This document shows, piece by piece, positions 20,419 through 31,023 of a stretch of DNA of 64,000 nt. Origin of the DNA: Deinococcales bacterium (GTDB lineage: Bacteria; Deinococcota; Deinococci; Deinococcales; JAAFIG01). Under the pieces are notes generated by a model that worked only from the letters and a program-made list of their open reading frames with translations, made no database searches and was not told the DNA's origin. The position numbers were made by a program, and so were the translations under genes. Position 1 is the first letter of the stretch; every line of letters begins with the position of its first letter. The stretch spans positions 241,220-305,219 of the forward strand of contig JANNVX010000088.1 of assembly GCA_031414595.1 (NCBI GenBank), read 5' to 3'.

Positions 20419-20542
20419 AAAATCATCGGTTTGTCAGAACTAGAAAGTTTTAGAACTAGAAGTTTAGCGCAGCAACTTGTTAGAATACCCGCGATTCAAA
20501 AATTCTTTTTCGCTCGGGGTTTCTCGAGATGGGGGTTCTAAA

Positions 20543-22633
20543 GTGGGTTTATTGATTACGGTTGTGGTTGGTTTATTGGCGATTGTCGTGGGTGCGGCAT
20601 TGACCATGAACATTCTTCGTTTACCCGATGGCAATGATAAAATGCGTGCCATTGCAGCAGCCATTCAAGAGGGCGCGAGTGCCTACCTAAGCGCTCAGTA
20701 CAAAGAAGTTGCGGTGGTTGCGGTGGCTTTGTTTGTGCTGCTTTTTGCGGTGCTTGGGGCAACCACCGCGATTTATTTCTTGGTTGGTGCAGCAGCTTCG
20801 GCGGCGGCTGGTTTTATTGGCATGAATGTGGCGGTTAGAGCCAATGTTCGCACGGCGGAAGCGGCTAACAATGGCTTAGCGGCAGCGATGCGTGTCGCAA
20901 CGTGGGGCGGGGCTGTCACTGGTTTATTTGTGGTTGGACTTGGCTTGTTGGTGCTTGGAATTCTAACGCAACTCTCGCCGCGTTTGCCTGATGGTCTGAT
21001 TAACCCTGATGCGCTGATTGGACTTGGATTTGGGGCGAGTTTAATCAGTGTTTTTGCCCGTCTGGGTGGCGGTATTTACACCAAAGCCGCCGATGTCGGA
21101 GCGGATTTGGTCGGTAAAGTCGAAGCAGGTATTCCCGAAGATGACCCACGCAATCCAGCCGTGATTGCTGATAACGTCGGGGATAACGTTGGTGACGACG
21201 CGGGTATGGCTGCCGATTTATTCGAGACTTTAATTGTAACCGCCATTGCTGCCATGCTGCTTGGACATCTGGCATTTAAGACCGATGCCGCCGTTTGGTA
21301 TCCACTGATGCTTGGCGGAGTTGGTGCGTTGGCTGGAATCATTGGGGTTTTTGGGGTAGGAATGCCCTCGAGCGGCGATAAAATTATGGCGGGTTTATAT
21401 CGTGGTGTTTGGATTTCATCTGTGCTGGCTGCCATTGGCATTGCTATTGTGACTTTTTTGATTCCAGTCGAAGCAAAAAATTTGGCTGGTGAAGTCTATA
21501 CCCTCTCGAGTATCAATTTAACTTTAGCGGCTCTAGTTGGTATTGGTGTCACACTGGGTTTAATGTACATCACCGATTACTACACCAGTTCGGAATATGA
21601 TCCAGTACGCGGTATTGCAAGGGCTAGTATTACTGGGCATGGCACAAATATCATTGCGGGTTTAGCCGTGGGTATGAAAGCCACAGCTTTTCCTGTATTG
21701 GTGATTGTGGCGGGTACGCTTGCCAGTTACGCCGTAATGTACGACGCGAGTAATCCTTTGGCGGGCTTGTATGGTATTTCAATCGCGGCGATGTCTATGC
21801 TGTCCTTGTGCGGCATTATTGTGACCGTAGATGCCTTTGGTCCAATTACTGATAACGCTGGTGGAATTGCAGAAATGGCAGAAATGGGCGAGAATGTGCG
21901 GAATGTAACCGACCCGCTAGACGCTGTTGGCAACACCACCAAAGCCGTAACCAAAGGCTATGCGATTGGTAGCGCTGGCTTAGCGGCACTAGCCCTTTTT
22001 GCCAGTTACACTGCCGAGTTTGCTAAACTTGGGAAACCCTTGGTCTTTGATTTGTCTGACCCAATGGTTGTGGCGGGCTTATTTATTGGTGGCATTTTAC
22101 CGTGTATTTTTGCAGCCATGTGCATGGAAGCTGTGGGACGGGCGGCAGGAGCAGTGGTTCTCGAGGTGCGAAGGCAATTTAAGGAAAAGCCGGGGATTAT
22201 GGATTACAGCCAGAAACCCGATTATGGGCAATGCGTCAGTATTGTGACTCAGGCAGCCTTACGTGAAATGCGTGTTCCAGCCCTTTTAAGCGTTGGTGTG
22301 CCAATTGTAGTCGGTTTGGTCTTGGGTGCTAAAGCCCTTGGTGGCTTACTGATAGGCAGCATTGTGGTTGGTATTTTTATGGCAATTCAAATGACCACGG
22401 GCGGTGGCGCTTGGGACAACGCCAAAAAGTACATTGAATCTGGCGACTTAAAAGACGAAGCTGGTAATGTCCTCAAAAAAGGCAGCTTTGCCCATCAAGC
22501 TGCGGTAACTGGCGATACGGTTGGCGACCCGTACAAGGACACCGCCGGTCCAGCCATCAACCCGATGATTAAAGTCGTCAATATCGTGGCGCTGTTGCTT
22601 GTACCGCTTCTTGTTCAACTTGGACGAATCTAG
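20543..22633 (+). CDS. hppA: Membrane H+-translocating pyrophosphatase (K+-independent type)
   Basis: [32 protein letters not shown] (Lys), [10 protein letters not shown]; start at GTG 20543 inferred. Confidence 0.95.
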   Translation: MGLLITVVVGLLAIVVGAALTMNILRLPDGNDKMRAIAAAIQEGASAYLSAQYKEVAVVAVALFVLLFAVLGATTAIYFLVGAAASAAAGFIGMNVAVRANVRTAEAANNGLAAAMRVATWGGAVTGLFVVGLGLLVLGILTQLSPRLPDGLINPDALIGLGFGASLISVFARLGGGIYTKAADVGADLVGKVEAGIPEDDPRNPAVIADNVGDNVGDDAGMAADLFETLIVTAIAAMLLGHLAFKTDAAVWYPLMLGGVGALAGIIGVFGVGMPSSGDKIMAGLYRGVWISSVLAAIGIAIVTFLIPVEAKNLAGEVYTLSSINLTLAALVGIGVTLGLMYITDYYTSSEYDPVRGIARASITGHGTNIIAGLAVGMKATAFPVLVIVAGTLASYAVMYDASNPLAGLYGISIAAMSMLSLCGIIVTVDAFGPITDNAGGIAEMAEMGENVRNVTDPLDAVGNTTKAVTKGYAIGSAGLAALALFASYTAEFAKLGKPLVFDLSDPMVVAGLFIGGILPCIFAAMCMEAVGRAAGAVVLEVRRQFKEKPGIMDYSQKPDYGQCVSIVTQAALREMRVPALLSVGVPIVVGLVLGAKALGGLLIGSIVVGIFMAIQMTTGGGAWDNAKKYIESGDLKDEAGNVLKKGSFAHQAAVTGDTVGDPYKDTAGPAINPMIKVVNIVALLLVPLLVQLGRI

Positions 22634-22644
22634 TTTTTCTTTTG

Positions 22645-22675
22645 AAAGCTCGAGGCTTGTGCTTCGAGCTTTTTT
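22645..22675 (+). terminator. Rho-independent terminator
   Basis: AAAGCTCGAGGC-TTGT-GCTTCGAGCTTT hairpin followed by T run. Confidence 0.8.
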
Positions 22676-22725
22676 GTCACGCCCTTGTCACTTGCTTATG
22701 CGCTTGATACGTCATACTGTGAGGC

Positions 22726-23277
22726 ATGAATTTGCTCGAGTTTCGCCAAGAAAAAGACCAGTTTTTTAAGTCAAGAAATTCGCCTTTGCCAGCCTCTATT
22801 CGGGCTGTTTTTACGGGTTTGAAGTATTTTGACGAAAATCCAAACTTACGGCAAACTGTGACTTTAGAGCCGGACGTAAATCAAGCGGCGGTTTTGATGC
22901 AAACCAGCACGGGTTCGGAGCGGGTTTATTTGCGCTTAGGTTGGGTGAGTTTTGTGTTTGAAGGTGTCATCTCGAGACTGGCGGTTTTTGTGCCAGAAGG
23001 TGAACCAGAGGCGACGGAACTTTTTATTCCTTTCAGGGATGCCAGCAGTGGGCAAGAAACCTACGGCTCAGGGCGGTATCTCGAGGCGGAGCGCAATGGT
23101 GACAAAGTAAATTTAGACTTCAACTTGGCGTATAACCCGTATTGCGCGTATTCGGATGGTTGGTCATGTCCGATTCCACCGCTCGAGAACTGGTTAAAAG
23201 TGCCAATTCAGGCAGGCGAGATGCTACCGCCCAAACTCGAGCCAGTATCAATCATCATCGGAGGCGATGATGATTGA
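22726..23277 (+). CDS. DUF1684 family protein
   Basis: FRD..SG.ETYG.GRYL, LDFNLAYNPYCAY...WSCPIPP.EN. Confidence 0.9.
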   Translation: MNLLEFRQEKDQFFKSRNSPLPASIRAVFTGLKYFDENPNLRQTVTLEPDVNQAAVLMQTSTGSERVYLRLGWVSFVFEGVISRLAVFVPEGEPEATELFIPFRDASSGQETYGSGRYLEAERNGDKVNLDFNLAYNPYCAYSDGWSCPIPPLENWLKVPIQAGEMLPPKLEPVSIIIGGDDD

Positions 23278-24067
23278 TACTGCCATTGCCACAACCGAAA
23301 TCAAAAAGAATTTGGAACTTCACTTAGAAAAGCACGAATGGGAAGCGGCTTTGGGTAAACTCAGGGCGCTTGAATTAGTTGGGCAGTCGGATGCCGAACT
23401 CGAGCGGGCGCTGCTGTTCATGACTGATTTTCTGGAGGCGCTTCGCGCCAAGAATTACGCAGGGGCAACCAAAACATCGCGGGAAGGCTGGCAGCGCCTT
23501 GGCGTTGATGCAGCAGGTGTTGATGTTGCACTCGAGGCGTTACTGGAAGCCGAAGCCAATTGGCGAAATGGAGCAAATAAAGTCAAAGTTTCTTTGCAAA
23601 AAGCTGCACTGCACCCGATGACCAAAGCTGAAGCCGAGAACCAAATGGGGGTACTAGAAGCAGTTCTCGAGAACCAAGATGCAGCCCGCACCCATTTTCA
23701 AGCAGCTTTGGCAGCCGACCCTAGGCATTACCGCGCCATGACCAACCTTGGCAATCTCGAGCTAGAGGCTGGGCATTTACAAGAAGCCGAAAGTCGTTAC
23801 CGTGAAGTGATTCGCTTAAATCCGGATTACAGTGTGGTCTATAATAATCTGGCGGCAGTGATGCGTAAACAAGGCAAACGAAGCGAGAGCGTGGCGTTTC
23901 TTAAAAAATCTAATCAGCTTTCGGTGCGTGAAATTCGAGGCGACACCAAAGGAACGGCTGTGGGACGAGTACGAAACCCGTTAGCCGACATATTGGCAAA
24001 ACCCAATACCAAATGGTTTATTGCGGCGGCGTTTCTGATTTTAGCTTTTTTAATTTATCGGCGTTAA
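23267..24067 (+). CDS. TPR protein with C-terminal membrane anchor
   Basis: TPR motifs (AMTNLGNL, VYNNLAAV), C-terminal hydrophobic helix. Confidence 0.85.
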   Translation: MMIDTAIATTEIKKNLELHLEKHEWEAALGKLRALELVGQSDAELERALLFMTDFLEALRAKNYAGATKTSREGWQRLGVDAAGVDVALEALLEAEANWRNGANKVKVSLQKAALHPMTKAEAENQMGVLEAVLENQDAARTHFQAALAADPRHYRAMTNLGNLELEAGHLQEAESRYREVIRLNPDYSVVYNNLAAVMRKQGKRSESVAFLKKSNQLSVREIRGDTKGTAVGRVRNPLADILAKPNTKWFIAAAFLILAFLIYRR

Positions 24068-24110
24068 AACCCAAGAAGCGTATTCTTTCGACCTTTGGTC
24101 CAAATAATCA

Positions 24111-24147
24111 TTATCACCAAAGCATAAACTTTATGCCTTGGTGATAA
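24111..24147. terminator. Hairpin between convergent genes
   Basis: TTATCACCAAAGCATAAA-C-TTTATGCCTTGGTGATAA near-perfect inverted repeat. Confidence 0.7.
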
Positions 24148-24155
24148 CCGGGGAT

Positions 24156-24869
24156 TTACTTATCGGTCAATAAAACAACACCCATCCCATTGACATCAGG
24201 ATTGACAATCATTGCCGTGTAGACGACGCTAGAACTTAAATTAAGTGTTCCAGAATCCACAACCGTATTGCCCGAGACGGTGGCACGAATACGCCATGCA
24301 CCTGCCTCAACCTCGGCATAATCAGATTTATCTTTGTAATTTAAGGTTGGCGGCAAGGCAAGTAATTGTCCATTTGGTAAGGTTACATGTAAACCAATCG
24401 CTTTGGCAGATGGCAAATTGGCAGCATGTAAGACACGAATCTTGGCTTTATTGGCGGCTGGTGTGGTCGTATCGCTGTTTAAGGTAAGCATTGCCAGTGG
24501 TCGTGGGTCTGTGCCGTTGTCATCGGAAAGTGTGGCTGTCCCAACTAAAAAAACAGATTTTAGATCGTTACTCGCCAGATTGATGGTTTGATTACTGACA
24601 ACATCTGGACAAGTTTGTAGGAGGGCTGGGCATAGACTGACGGTTAAATTTCCCGGTTTATTGCTGCGGTAAGTGCTAACAGATGGGAATGCGTTCTTAT
24701 GATCTATCGGGGTGACACCATTGATTCTTTCGCCCGAGAAAAATATATTCATTCCCAAAGAGTCATGGGCAGCATTGACAAATTTAACTGCTCCATCGGG
24801 TGGTGGTGTGGGGTTACAGCCAGCTAAAATTAGGCTCGAGAGTAAAAGACCAGTAATTATTTTTTTCAT
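24156..24869 (-). CDS. DUF4397 domain lipoprotein
   Basis: Lipobox LAGC; VKFVNAA and KIRVLHAA tandem DUF4397-type repeats. Confidence 0.8.
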   Translation of the reverse strand: MKKIITGLLLSSLILAGCNPTPPPDGAVKFVNAAHDSLGMNIFFSGERINGVTPIDHKNAFPSVSTYRSNKPGNLTVSLCPALLQTCPDVVSNQTINLASNDLKSVFLVGTATLSDDNGTDPRPLAMLTLNSDTTTPAANKAKIRVLHAANLPSAKAIGLHVTLPNGQLLALPPTLNYKDKSDYAEVEAGAWRIRATVSGNTVVDSGTLNLSSSVVYTAMIVNPDVNGMGVVLLTDK

Positions 24870-24984
24870 AGCGCTCCTTGAAGACTGCTTCACCTGACTA
24901 TTGGTGATGTTCAGATAGGACAGGTATACACGGGGAATGCGTGTGAATACTGTGAATCAAAAACGTTAGGTAAGATTTGTTTCA

Positions 24985-25032
24985 TTTGAATAACCATTTC
25001 ACGAATCGGATTTAATCGTGAATATAATCACA
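24985..25032 (+). repeat. 48-bp AT-rich intergenic element, copy 1 (CGTGA-N6-TCACA box)
   Basis: Aligns without gaps to 26127-26174 and to the reverse complement of 59211-59258. Confidence 0.7.
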
Positions 25033-25095
25033 TGTAACTGAACTATACCCATCAGTCATTTCAACACCCAAAAGCTAGGTTTTTGTAACACGACC

Positions 25096-25129
25096 AAAAA
25101 GTAAAACGCCGCAAGGCGTTTTACTTTTT
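25096..25129 (-). terminator. Rho-independent terminator of the ferritin-like gene
   Basis: AAAAAGTAAAACGCC-GCAA-GGCGTTTTACTTTTT perfect hairpin. Confidence 0.85.
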
Positions 25130-25143
25130 GTGTACCTCGAGAC

Positions 25144-26028
25144 CTACTTAATTTTACCGTTTAAGCCATTTGGAAAGAAGCCGCCTTTGCCATTTCCACC
25201 AAGGTAAACAATGTTTAAGACTTGTTCCGTTGTTCGGCTAAAAGCAATGCTGTTATCATCGGTTGGGACAAGATTGGCTTTGCTTTTTTTGGTGATGCCT
25301 TGATCAATCACAGTTGCGCCATCTACTGAATCGCGTAAAAATGAAATCGCTTCGACAACTTGTTCTACTGTATAACCAACAGCAACTTTGGTATTGCGTT
25401 GTTGGTACAAAAGCGTGCGGATGATACCAGCGTGATAGGCTTCAACTGCCAGAATACCTGCGGCAGCCTCGAGATAAGCTGGGTTGGTAATGAGGGCAGC
25501 TGCACCTTTATAGGCAGTCACACCAACATCTTCAAAGATAAACGCGCCATGTAAGAAAAAGAGTTCGTTGGCATATGGACTAAAGCCCTTAATCCCGTTT
25601 TTACTGGCGGCGGTTGCCGCAGCAGCAAAAGCTGGTCCGATGTCTATGGTTGGGCGAGCCACAGCTTTATCGCCGAGGGCTTTGCGTAAAAATATGACAT
25701 GATTTTCTTCGTCGGTAGCAATTTCTTCGGCATAATCGCGGGCAGCCCGACCTGCGGTGGTATTCGAGAATTTTACTTTTTGTCCGCCAATCACAGCCCC
25801 CGGTACAACTCCGCCGCCAGAAACTTCATAGCTTGGTCTGCGTCCTACGGCGGCGAGATAAAACTCGGCTTCGAGGTACTCGAGATTGAGCGCAAAATTT
25901 AAGACATCAACATCAATGTCTGGTTTCATATTTTGTGCAAATCCAAGGTTTGGGGTAGCCACTGCGCCAGCCCCGAGTAGAGCAGCACCCATTAAAACTT
26001 GACGACGGTTCAACGATTTTAAGTTCAT
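25144..26028 (-). CDS. Tat-exported ferritin-like protein (Ferritin_2, desiccation-related PCC13-62-like)
   Basis: NRRQVL twin-Arg signal; LNFALNLEYLEAEFY, DEENH, FEDVGVTAY, VEAYHA; GGFFPNGLNG end. Confidence 0.9.
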   Translation of the reverse strand: MNLKSLNRRQVLMGAALLGAGAVATPNLGFAQNMKPDIDVDVLNFALNLEYLEAEFYLAAVGRRPSYEVSGGGVVPGAVIGGQKVKFSNTTAGRAARDYAEEIATDEENHVIFLRKALGDKAVARPTIDIGPAFAAAATAASKNGIKGFSPYANELFFLHGAFIFEDVGVTAYKGAAALITNPAYLEAAAGILAVEAYHAGIIRTLLYQQRNTKVAVGYTVEQVVEAISFLRDSVDGATVIDQGITKKSKANLVPTDDNSIAFSRTTEQVLNIVYLGGNGKGGFFPNGLNGKIK

Positions 26029-26126
26029 ATATTCTCCGTGGTTCTGGTCTATCTTTTGGAACTTCTGCATTAGAACACGTCAAGCTAAGGGGTAATTTTG
26101 GCAGACCTGAAGTTAGATTGAGTAAT

Positions 26127-26174
26127 TTTCAATAAATAATTCACAAAAATAGTATAATCGTGAATTAAATCACA
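26127..26174 (+). repeat. 48-bp intergenic element, copy 2
   Basis: TTTCAATAAATAATTCACAAAA-N6-TAATCGTGA-N6-TCACA. Confidence 0.75.
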
Positions 26175-26189
26175 AGATTTAACTTTTGC

Positions 26190-27362
26190 TTATTTGGGAA
26201 TCCGTAAAACAAAGACTGCCCCTGCATCATTCAAAGCCTCCAATGACCCACCATGCGCCTCAGCAATGGCTTTGGCAATTGCTAAGCCTAAGCCATGATG
26301 CGGCACGCCAGTGCGCTCCCGAGCCACATCGCCACGGTAAAAACGCTCAAACACCCTATCCGGATGGGGGAGACCAGCCCCATTATCGGCAACCGAAATG
26401 CAAACAAAATCTGATTCGAGTTTTGCCCCAAGCACCACCCGCGTAGCCGAACTATGCTCCAAAGCATTCTCGAGTAAATTGCGTATCACCCGCTCTAATT
26501 GTAATGGGTCAAACGAAGCCGAAATCTCTGGCATCGGCGCAAGAATCAGGGTCGTGCCAGCTTCCAAAGCCCGAGTTTCTAAGGAAAGCATCATCTGCTC
26601 AAGCCAAGGTTGAATCTGTACAACCGTTTTCTCGAGTCGCAGCGTCCCCGTTTCGGCAGTTGAAAGGGTTCGTAAATCGCCAACCATCCGAGTAATCAAA
26701 CTGACCTCATTTAACAAACGCTCCAGACTGGCATCATCTCGAGGGCGAATGCCATCCTGCATCGCCTCAAGTTCTGCTCGCATGACCCCAAGCGGATTTC
26801 GCAAATCATGGGCAATATCAGACACCACTTGTTGCCGCCAAGCCTCTTGCCGCTCTAAATTCTCGGAGAGTTGGTTAAAAGCAATACTGACGGTTTGCAG
26901 TTCGTCTCGGGACTCTGGAACACTCACCCGTACCCCACGCTCGCCCGAAGATACGGCTTTAGCGGCTTGTTCGAGCGCAATCAAAGGACGAATCAAACGC
27001 CGAGTGACCAAAGCGGCTGCCAAACTCGCCAGAAAAACTGCGCCAATTCCGCCCCAAAAAACTGTTCCAGTCATGTTGCGAAAGGCTTGCTGGGCTTGTT
27101 GTTGGCGCTGATTTTTACCAAAAAAATCAAATGAAAAAGGATCAACCACCTCAAAGCGCTGACCATCTATTGTGACAATTCTCGAGAAATCGGTGGCGGC
27201 TTTTTGAATCGCTCGAATGCTTAAAAACCCTGTAAAGCCCACCGCCGCCAGTGCCACAATCGCAAACCACATCGTTAAACGCCGCCGCAAGCCCGAATGT
27301 CGCCAAGAACGCATTTTTGAGCTTTTCCATTTGGCTTTTAGTTTTTGTTCATCCCACGGCAT
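26190..27362 (-). CDS. HAMP sensor histidine kinase (BaeS-like)
   Basis: Two TM helices, HAMP, DIAHDLRNPL, NLLENA, DNGAG, GLGLAIA. Confidence 0.92.
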   Translation of the reverse strand: MPWDEQKLKAKWKSSKMRSWRHSGLRRRLTMWFAIVALAAVGFTGFLSIRAIQKAATDFSRIVTIDGQRFEVVDPFSFDFFGKNQRQQQAQQAFRNMTGTVFWGGIGAVFLASLAAALVTRRLIRPLIALEQAAKAVSSGERGVRVSVPESRDELQTVSIAFNQLSENLERQEAWRQQVVSDIAHDLRNPLGVMRAELEAMQDGIRPRDDASLERLLNEVSLITRMVGDLRTLSTAETGTLRLEKTVVQIQPWLEQMMLSLETRALEAGTTLILAPMPEISASFDPLQLERVIRNLLENALEHSSATRVVLGAKLESDFVCISVADNGAGLPHPDRVFERFYRGDVARERTGVPHHGLGLAIAKAIAEAHGGSLEALNDAGAVFVLRIPK

Positions 27363-28036
27363 TAAGCCCCCCGCAAACGATAACCCACACCACGCACCGT
27401 CTCGAGAAAATCGCCATACGCACCCAATTTTTTACGAATGTTCTTGATGTGGGCATCCACCGTTCGTTCATCGGCAAACGAATCTAACCCGCCACTCTGC
27501 TCGAGCAGTTCAGAACGCAAACGCACCCGCGAAGGTTCTTTGGCGAGTAAGCCCAAAATCCGAACCTCCGCCGTGGTCATTGGCACATCCTCGCCAGCAA
27601 TCGAAACCTGAAAAGTGACTAGATTAACCTCGATTGCTCCAACCCGAAGCGACTGTGGCAGCACCACCGCGCCCTGCACCCGCCGCAGCACCGCTTTGAC
27701 TCGAGCCATGACTTCACGCGGGCTGTACGGCTTGACCACATAATCATCTGCACCTAAGCCAAGTCCCACCAGTTTATCCACTTCATCATCCCGAGCAGTC
27801 AGCATAATAATCGGTGTACTCGATTCGGCTCTGACCCGCCGTGCGACTTCCAAGCCATCCATTTCGGGCAGCATTAAATCGAGCAGGATTAAATCAGGTG
27901 CAGCCGCCCGCCACAACTCGAGCGCCCGAGTCCCCGTCCGCGCCCGTTCGGTCTTAAAACCCTCACGGCGCAAGTATTCCTCGAGAACATCAGCAAGCCG
28001 TGTTTCATCTTCAACAATTAAAATAGTGCCAGACAT
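27362..28036 (-). CDS. OmpR-family response regulator (BaeR-like)
   Basis: IVEDE, LLDLMLP, GADDYVVKPY, RTVDAHIKNIRKKL, TVRGVGY; leaderless start after TATACT. Confidence 0.93.
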   Translation of the reverse strand: MSGTILIVEDETRLADVLEEYLRREGFKTERARTGTRALELWRAAAPDLILLDLMLPEMDGLEVARRVRAESSTPIIMLTARDDEVDKLVGLGLGADDYVVKPYSPREVMARVKAVLRRVQGAVVLPQSLRVGAIEVNLVTFQVSIAGEDVPMTTAEVRILGLLAKEPSRVRLRSELLEQSGGLDSFADERTVDAHIKNIRKKLGAYGDFLETVRGVGYRLRGA

Positions 28037-28050
28037 AGGTGAAAGTATAA

Positions 28051-28078
28051 GGGCAAAAGGCAAAAGGCAAAGGTTAAA
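28051..28078. repeat. Short heptamer tandem repeat (GGCAAAA)
   Basis: GGGCAAAAGGCAAAAGGCAAAGGTTAAA; inverted relative at 60224-60257. Confidence 0.6.
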
Positions 28079-28104
28079 AGCAAAACCTTTGCCTAAGCTG
28101 GTTT

Positions 28105-28539
28105 TTAGCTAAGCGCGTTTTTAATCATCTCAAAAGTCTCGAGACTGATTTCACCACTGGCGAGGCGTTGACGGGCAATTTTTAAGGCGGGGTCGGACTC
28201 ATTGCCAATCTCGAGTTGGGTTTTTAAGTCATCAAACTGCTCTGGGGTGATTTCGGACTTGGCAAGGCGGACTCGAGCCGTACTGAGGGCATCATCTGAC
28301 GAATGTTGGGCTTGCCATTTGTTGCGCCATTCGTGCTTGCCTTGTCGCCACATGTCCTTAAATTGTTCGCGTCCGCCCCACGCCATAGCCCTTGCGCGTC
28401 CACCGTGTTTAAGCCAACGAATCGCGGCAAAAATCAGGGCGATTAAAAAGACAAACCACAGCACCTTAAAAAAACCAGCCAAGAAAAACCAACCGGGGTC
28501 TACCATCTGCATACCACTACGAATTCCATCATTCCACAT
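28105..28539 (-). CDS. Membrane protein with two SHOCT domains
   Basis: TM helix; ALSTARVRLAKSEITPEQF and ALKIARQRLASGEISLETF. Confidence 0.85.
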   Translation of the reverse strand: MWNDGIRSGMQMVDPGWFFLAGFFKVLWFVFLIALIFAAIRWLKHGGRARAMAWGGREQFKDMWRQGKHEWRNKWQAQHSSDDALSTARVRLAKSEITPEQFDDLKTQLEIGNESDPALKIARQRLASGEISLETFEMIKNALS

Positions 28540-28583
28540 AAGTAATACTCCTTTCACTCGGATTGTTCTCGAGCGATGTGCAA

Positions 28584-28637
28584 AGTATGCGCTTAGGCTG
28601 TGAAGCCGACCTGCTGCCAATATGAAGTGATTATGAA
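28584..28637 (-). promoter_or_regulatory. OmpR-type direct-repeat boxes plus -10
   Basis: Minus-strand TTCATA (28637), TTCATA (28626), TTCACA (28604) in 11/22-bp phase, then CATACT. Confidence 0.6.
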
Positions 28638-28713
28638 TGGAGTTGTTTTTGCAGTGTTCCTATAGTGAGGTTAATTTTCTCGAGTTCAGCTTGGTTTTGT
28701 TTTAGATTTTGCA

Positions 28714-29196
28714 TCAATAATTCTGTATTTCCATGTCGTTCAAGTTGTAAATTTGTAATTCCACTAGACTGACCAAACTATCTTTTTCCATATCAAGCTC
28801 AAAAAGCTGGTCACGAATCAGATATTTCTCGGCTCGAGTTTCGGGAAGCCACGCATTTGCATTGGCAAGCAGTAAAAACGAATTCTTAATTTTTTCTAAA
28901 TACGGCTGCATATCTTGTAAAATTGCCATAAGCATAACTACAGACTCTGCAGGCACACCAGTTTTTTGAATCTCGCGTTCAGTCCAGCGACACGAATCAG
29001 AACCAAGATTGTACTCCTCGAGCAACTGGATACTGGTTTTTATGGGTGGAGCAATTGGTGACTGAACAGCCTCGAATTGCGACTTCACCTTCAATAAACG
29101 CTGTTCGTAATGCCAACGATCCGAATTTATCAGGTTTTCTTGTAATAAGGCTTCTAAAGCCACAATTTTAGTTCGTAAGCGTTCTTCCCGAATCAT
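28714..29196 (-). CDS. Hypothetical protein
   Basis: 160-aa helical ORF with TACAAT 6 nt upstream of ATG. Confidence 0.65.
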   Translation of the reverse strand: MIREERLRTKIVALEALLQENLINSDRWHYEQRLLKVKSQFEAVQSPIAPPIKTSIQLLEEYNLGSDSCRWTEREIQKTGVPAESVVMLMAILQDMQPYLEKIKNSFLLLANANAWLPETRAEKYLIRDQLFELDMEKDSLVSLVELQIYNLNDMEIQNY

Positions 29197-29221
29197 TGAT
29201 TGATTGTACTACACTGTGTTC

Positions 29222-29875
29222 ATGACCAAAAAGTATAAAGCACTCGAATTTTCACAACTCGAGCCAGAAGAAATGCTCACTCGAGCCAAAACTTTTGCAG
29301 CAGAAATGGAAAAGCGCCGCTCAGTACGGTTTTACTCGAGCCAAGCCGTACCAAAAGAACTGATTGAACTTGCCATACAGACCGCCAGCACTGCCCCGAG
29401 TGGCGCTCACAAACAACCTTGGACTTTTGTGGCAATATCCAACCAAGCCTTAAAAGAACAAATCCGCGTGGCTGTAGAAGCCGAGGAACTCGAAACCTAT
29501 TCCAAAAGAATGCCGCAGGAATGGCGTACTGCCCTCGAGCCAATCGGCACAGACCACATCAAAGAACACATTACTGATGCGCCTTGGATAGTAATTTTGT
29601 TCAAGCAAAAAACAGGTAAAAACAGTGAAAAGCATTATTATGTGACCGAATCTGCCAGTATTGCGGCTGGCTTTTTTATTGCCGCCCTGCACAATATGGG
29701 TTTAGCAACTTTGACCCATACGCCAAACCCGATGAAAATACTGGCTCAAATTCTCGAGCGTCCAAGTAATGAGGAGGCGATGCTCCTTTTTCCGATAGGG
29801 TATCCAGCCACCGATTGCCAAGTTCCGAATTTGACCCGAAAATCACTGAGCGATGTGGCGGTTTTTCTCGAGTGA
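29222..29875 (+). CDS. Nitroreductase-family protein, iodotyrosine deiodinase-like
   Basis: RRSVR, APSGAHKQPW, E.EE..Y lid, YY..ES..IA.G, LTHTPNPM. Confidence 0.85.
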   Translation: MTKKYKALEFSQLEPEEMLTRAKTFAAEMEKRRSVRFYSSQAVPKELIELAIQTASTAPSGAHKQPWTFVAISNQALKEQIRVAVEAEELETYSKRMPQEWRTALEPIGTDHIKEHITDAPWIVILFKQKTGKNSEKHYYVTESASIAAGFFIAALHNMGLATLTHTPNPMKILAQILERPSNEEAMLLFPIGYPATDCQVPNLTRKSLSDVAVFLE

Positions 29876-29880
29876 GGCAA

Positions 29881-31023
29881 TTACCAGAAATGCAATTTTT
29901 TATTGACACTGGCAATAATTTTATGCTGACCAACCAAAATCAGGTTACTCGAGTAAGCTGCCCCAAGGTCATACGTCTGGTTAATACCACATTTATTGTT
30001 ACAGACAATTGTTTTCATGAGTTGATGATTCTGGCTTGGAATAACCAGTTCACCAGAACTCAATTGGAGGCTTGGCTCGAGAATACGTGAACCGATGCGG
30101 TGGTTTGAAAGGTCGGTAAATTTTTGTCTACCACCAAGTTTATCAGGCTCGTATTTGACTAAAATTCCACCAATATGCGGCGTGTGAACTGCATAAATAT
30201 CGGTTTTTCCAACCAATGGATTTAACCAACGATTGGCTTGTCCGATGTCCGCCCCCGCCCGTAACTCGAGTTTACCAGCCTTTAAGCCGAGCATTGCCAG
30301 CGCTGCCCCACCAATTCGGCTCGAGCGCACCGTGACCAGTTGTTCTCGAGTACCGATTTGAAACGGTCGCAAGGTAATGTCTTCAAAAACATACGGGGTG
30401 GGTAGGTCATAACGCCATAAAATTTCCAGTGAATGACGTTCAAGTGCCACAACCGCCGTTGCTTCGATGTTATCGCCTAAAATTCCGTGCTGATAACGAC
30501 TGGTGTTCGCTCCGACCAGTGCCACAACTTCGCGGTCATTATCACCTTCCAAGTCGGCAAAACCAAGCTGTTGGTCGGTCAGGGCGTTTAGTTTTGCTCG
30601 AGCCGTTATTTCCCAAATTTTACCACTGTCTTCTAAGCGCACCAGATCACCTGTTTGAGTAATCGCAATAACCCCAGCCGGCAAGGGGAGTACACCAGCT
30701 TGGATTGAAAGTTTGGCGTTTTGGCTCGAGTTTAATTGCTTATTTTGGTAGACCATCAATTCACCTTGGGTGCTGATGCCGTGCAAACGCCCATGGGCGT
30801 ATACAATTGGGGCGGTATTGCTCCAAAGACCACCAAGTTTGGTTTGAGTCGTGTTTTCTATTTGCAGGACTTGATTATTCTGGAGAAGCGCATAAATCCG
30901 AGTTCCATCGCTGGTCAGCCAATTGGCTTGAGCAGGTAAGCTCCTGATTTGCGTATTTGGGGCTGCGTAGGCGATGATTGTCATGACAACTAAACTGAGG
31001 CTGCTAAAAATGGTTCGGGTCAT
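29881..31023 (-). CDS. Secreted beta-propeller-like protein (FG-GAP-like)
   Basis: Signal peptide; ADLEGDNDREVV, RYQHGILGD, RWLNP, TPHIGG, SNHRIGSR. Confidence 0.7.
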   Translation of the reverse strand: MTRTIFSSLSLVVMTIIAYAAPNTQIRSLPAQANWLTSDGTRIYALLQNNQVLQIENTTQTKLGGLWSNTAPIVYAHGRLHGISTQGELMVYQNKQLNSSQNAKLSIQAGVLPLPAGVIAITQTGDLVRLEDSGKIWEITARAKLNALTDQQLGFADLEGDNDREVVALVGANTSRYQHGILGDNIEATAVVALERHSLEILWRYDLPTPYVFEDITLRPFQIGTREQLVTVRSSRIGGAALAMLGLKAGKLELRAGADIGQANRWLNPLVGKTDIYAVHTPHIGGILVKYEPDKLGGRQKFTDLSNHRIGSRILEPSLQLSSGELVIPSQNHQLMKTIVCNNKCGINQTYDLGAAYSSNLILVGQHKIIASVNKKLHFW

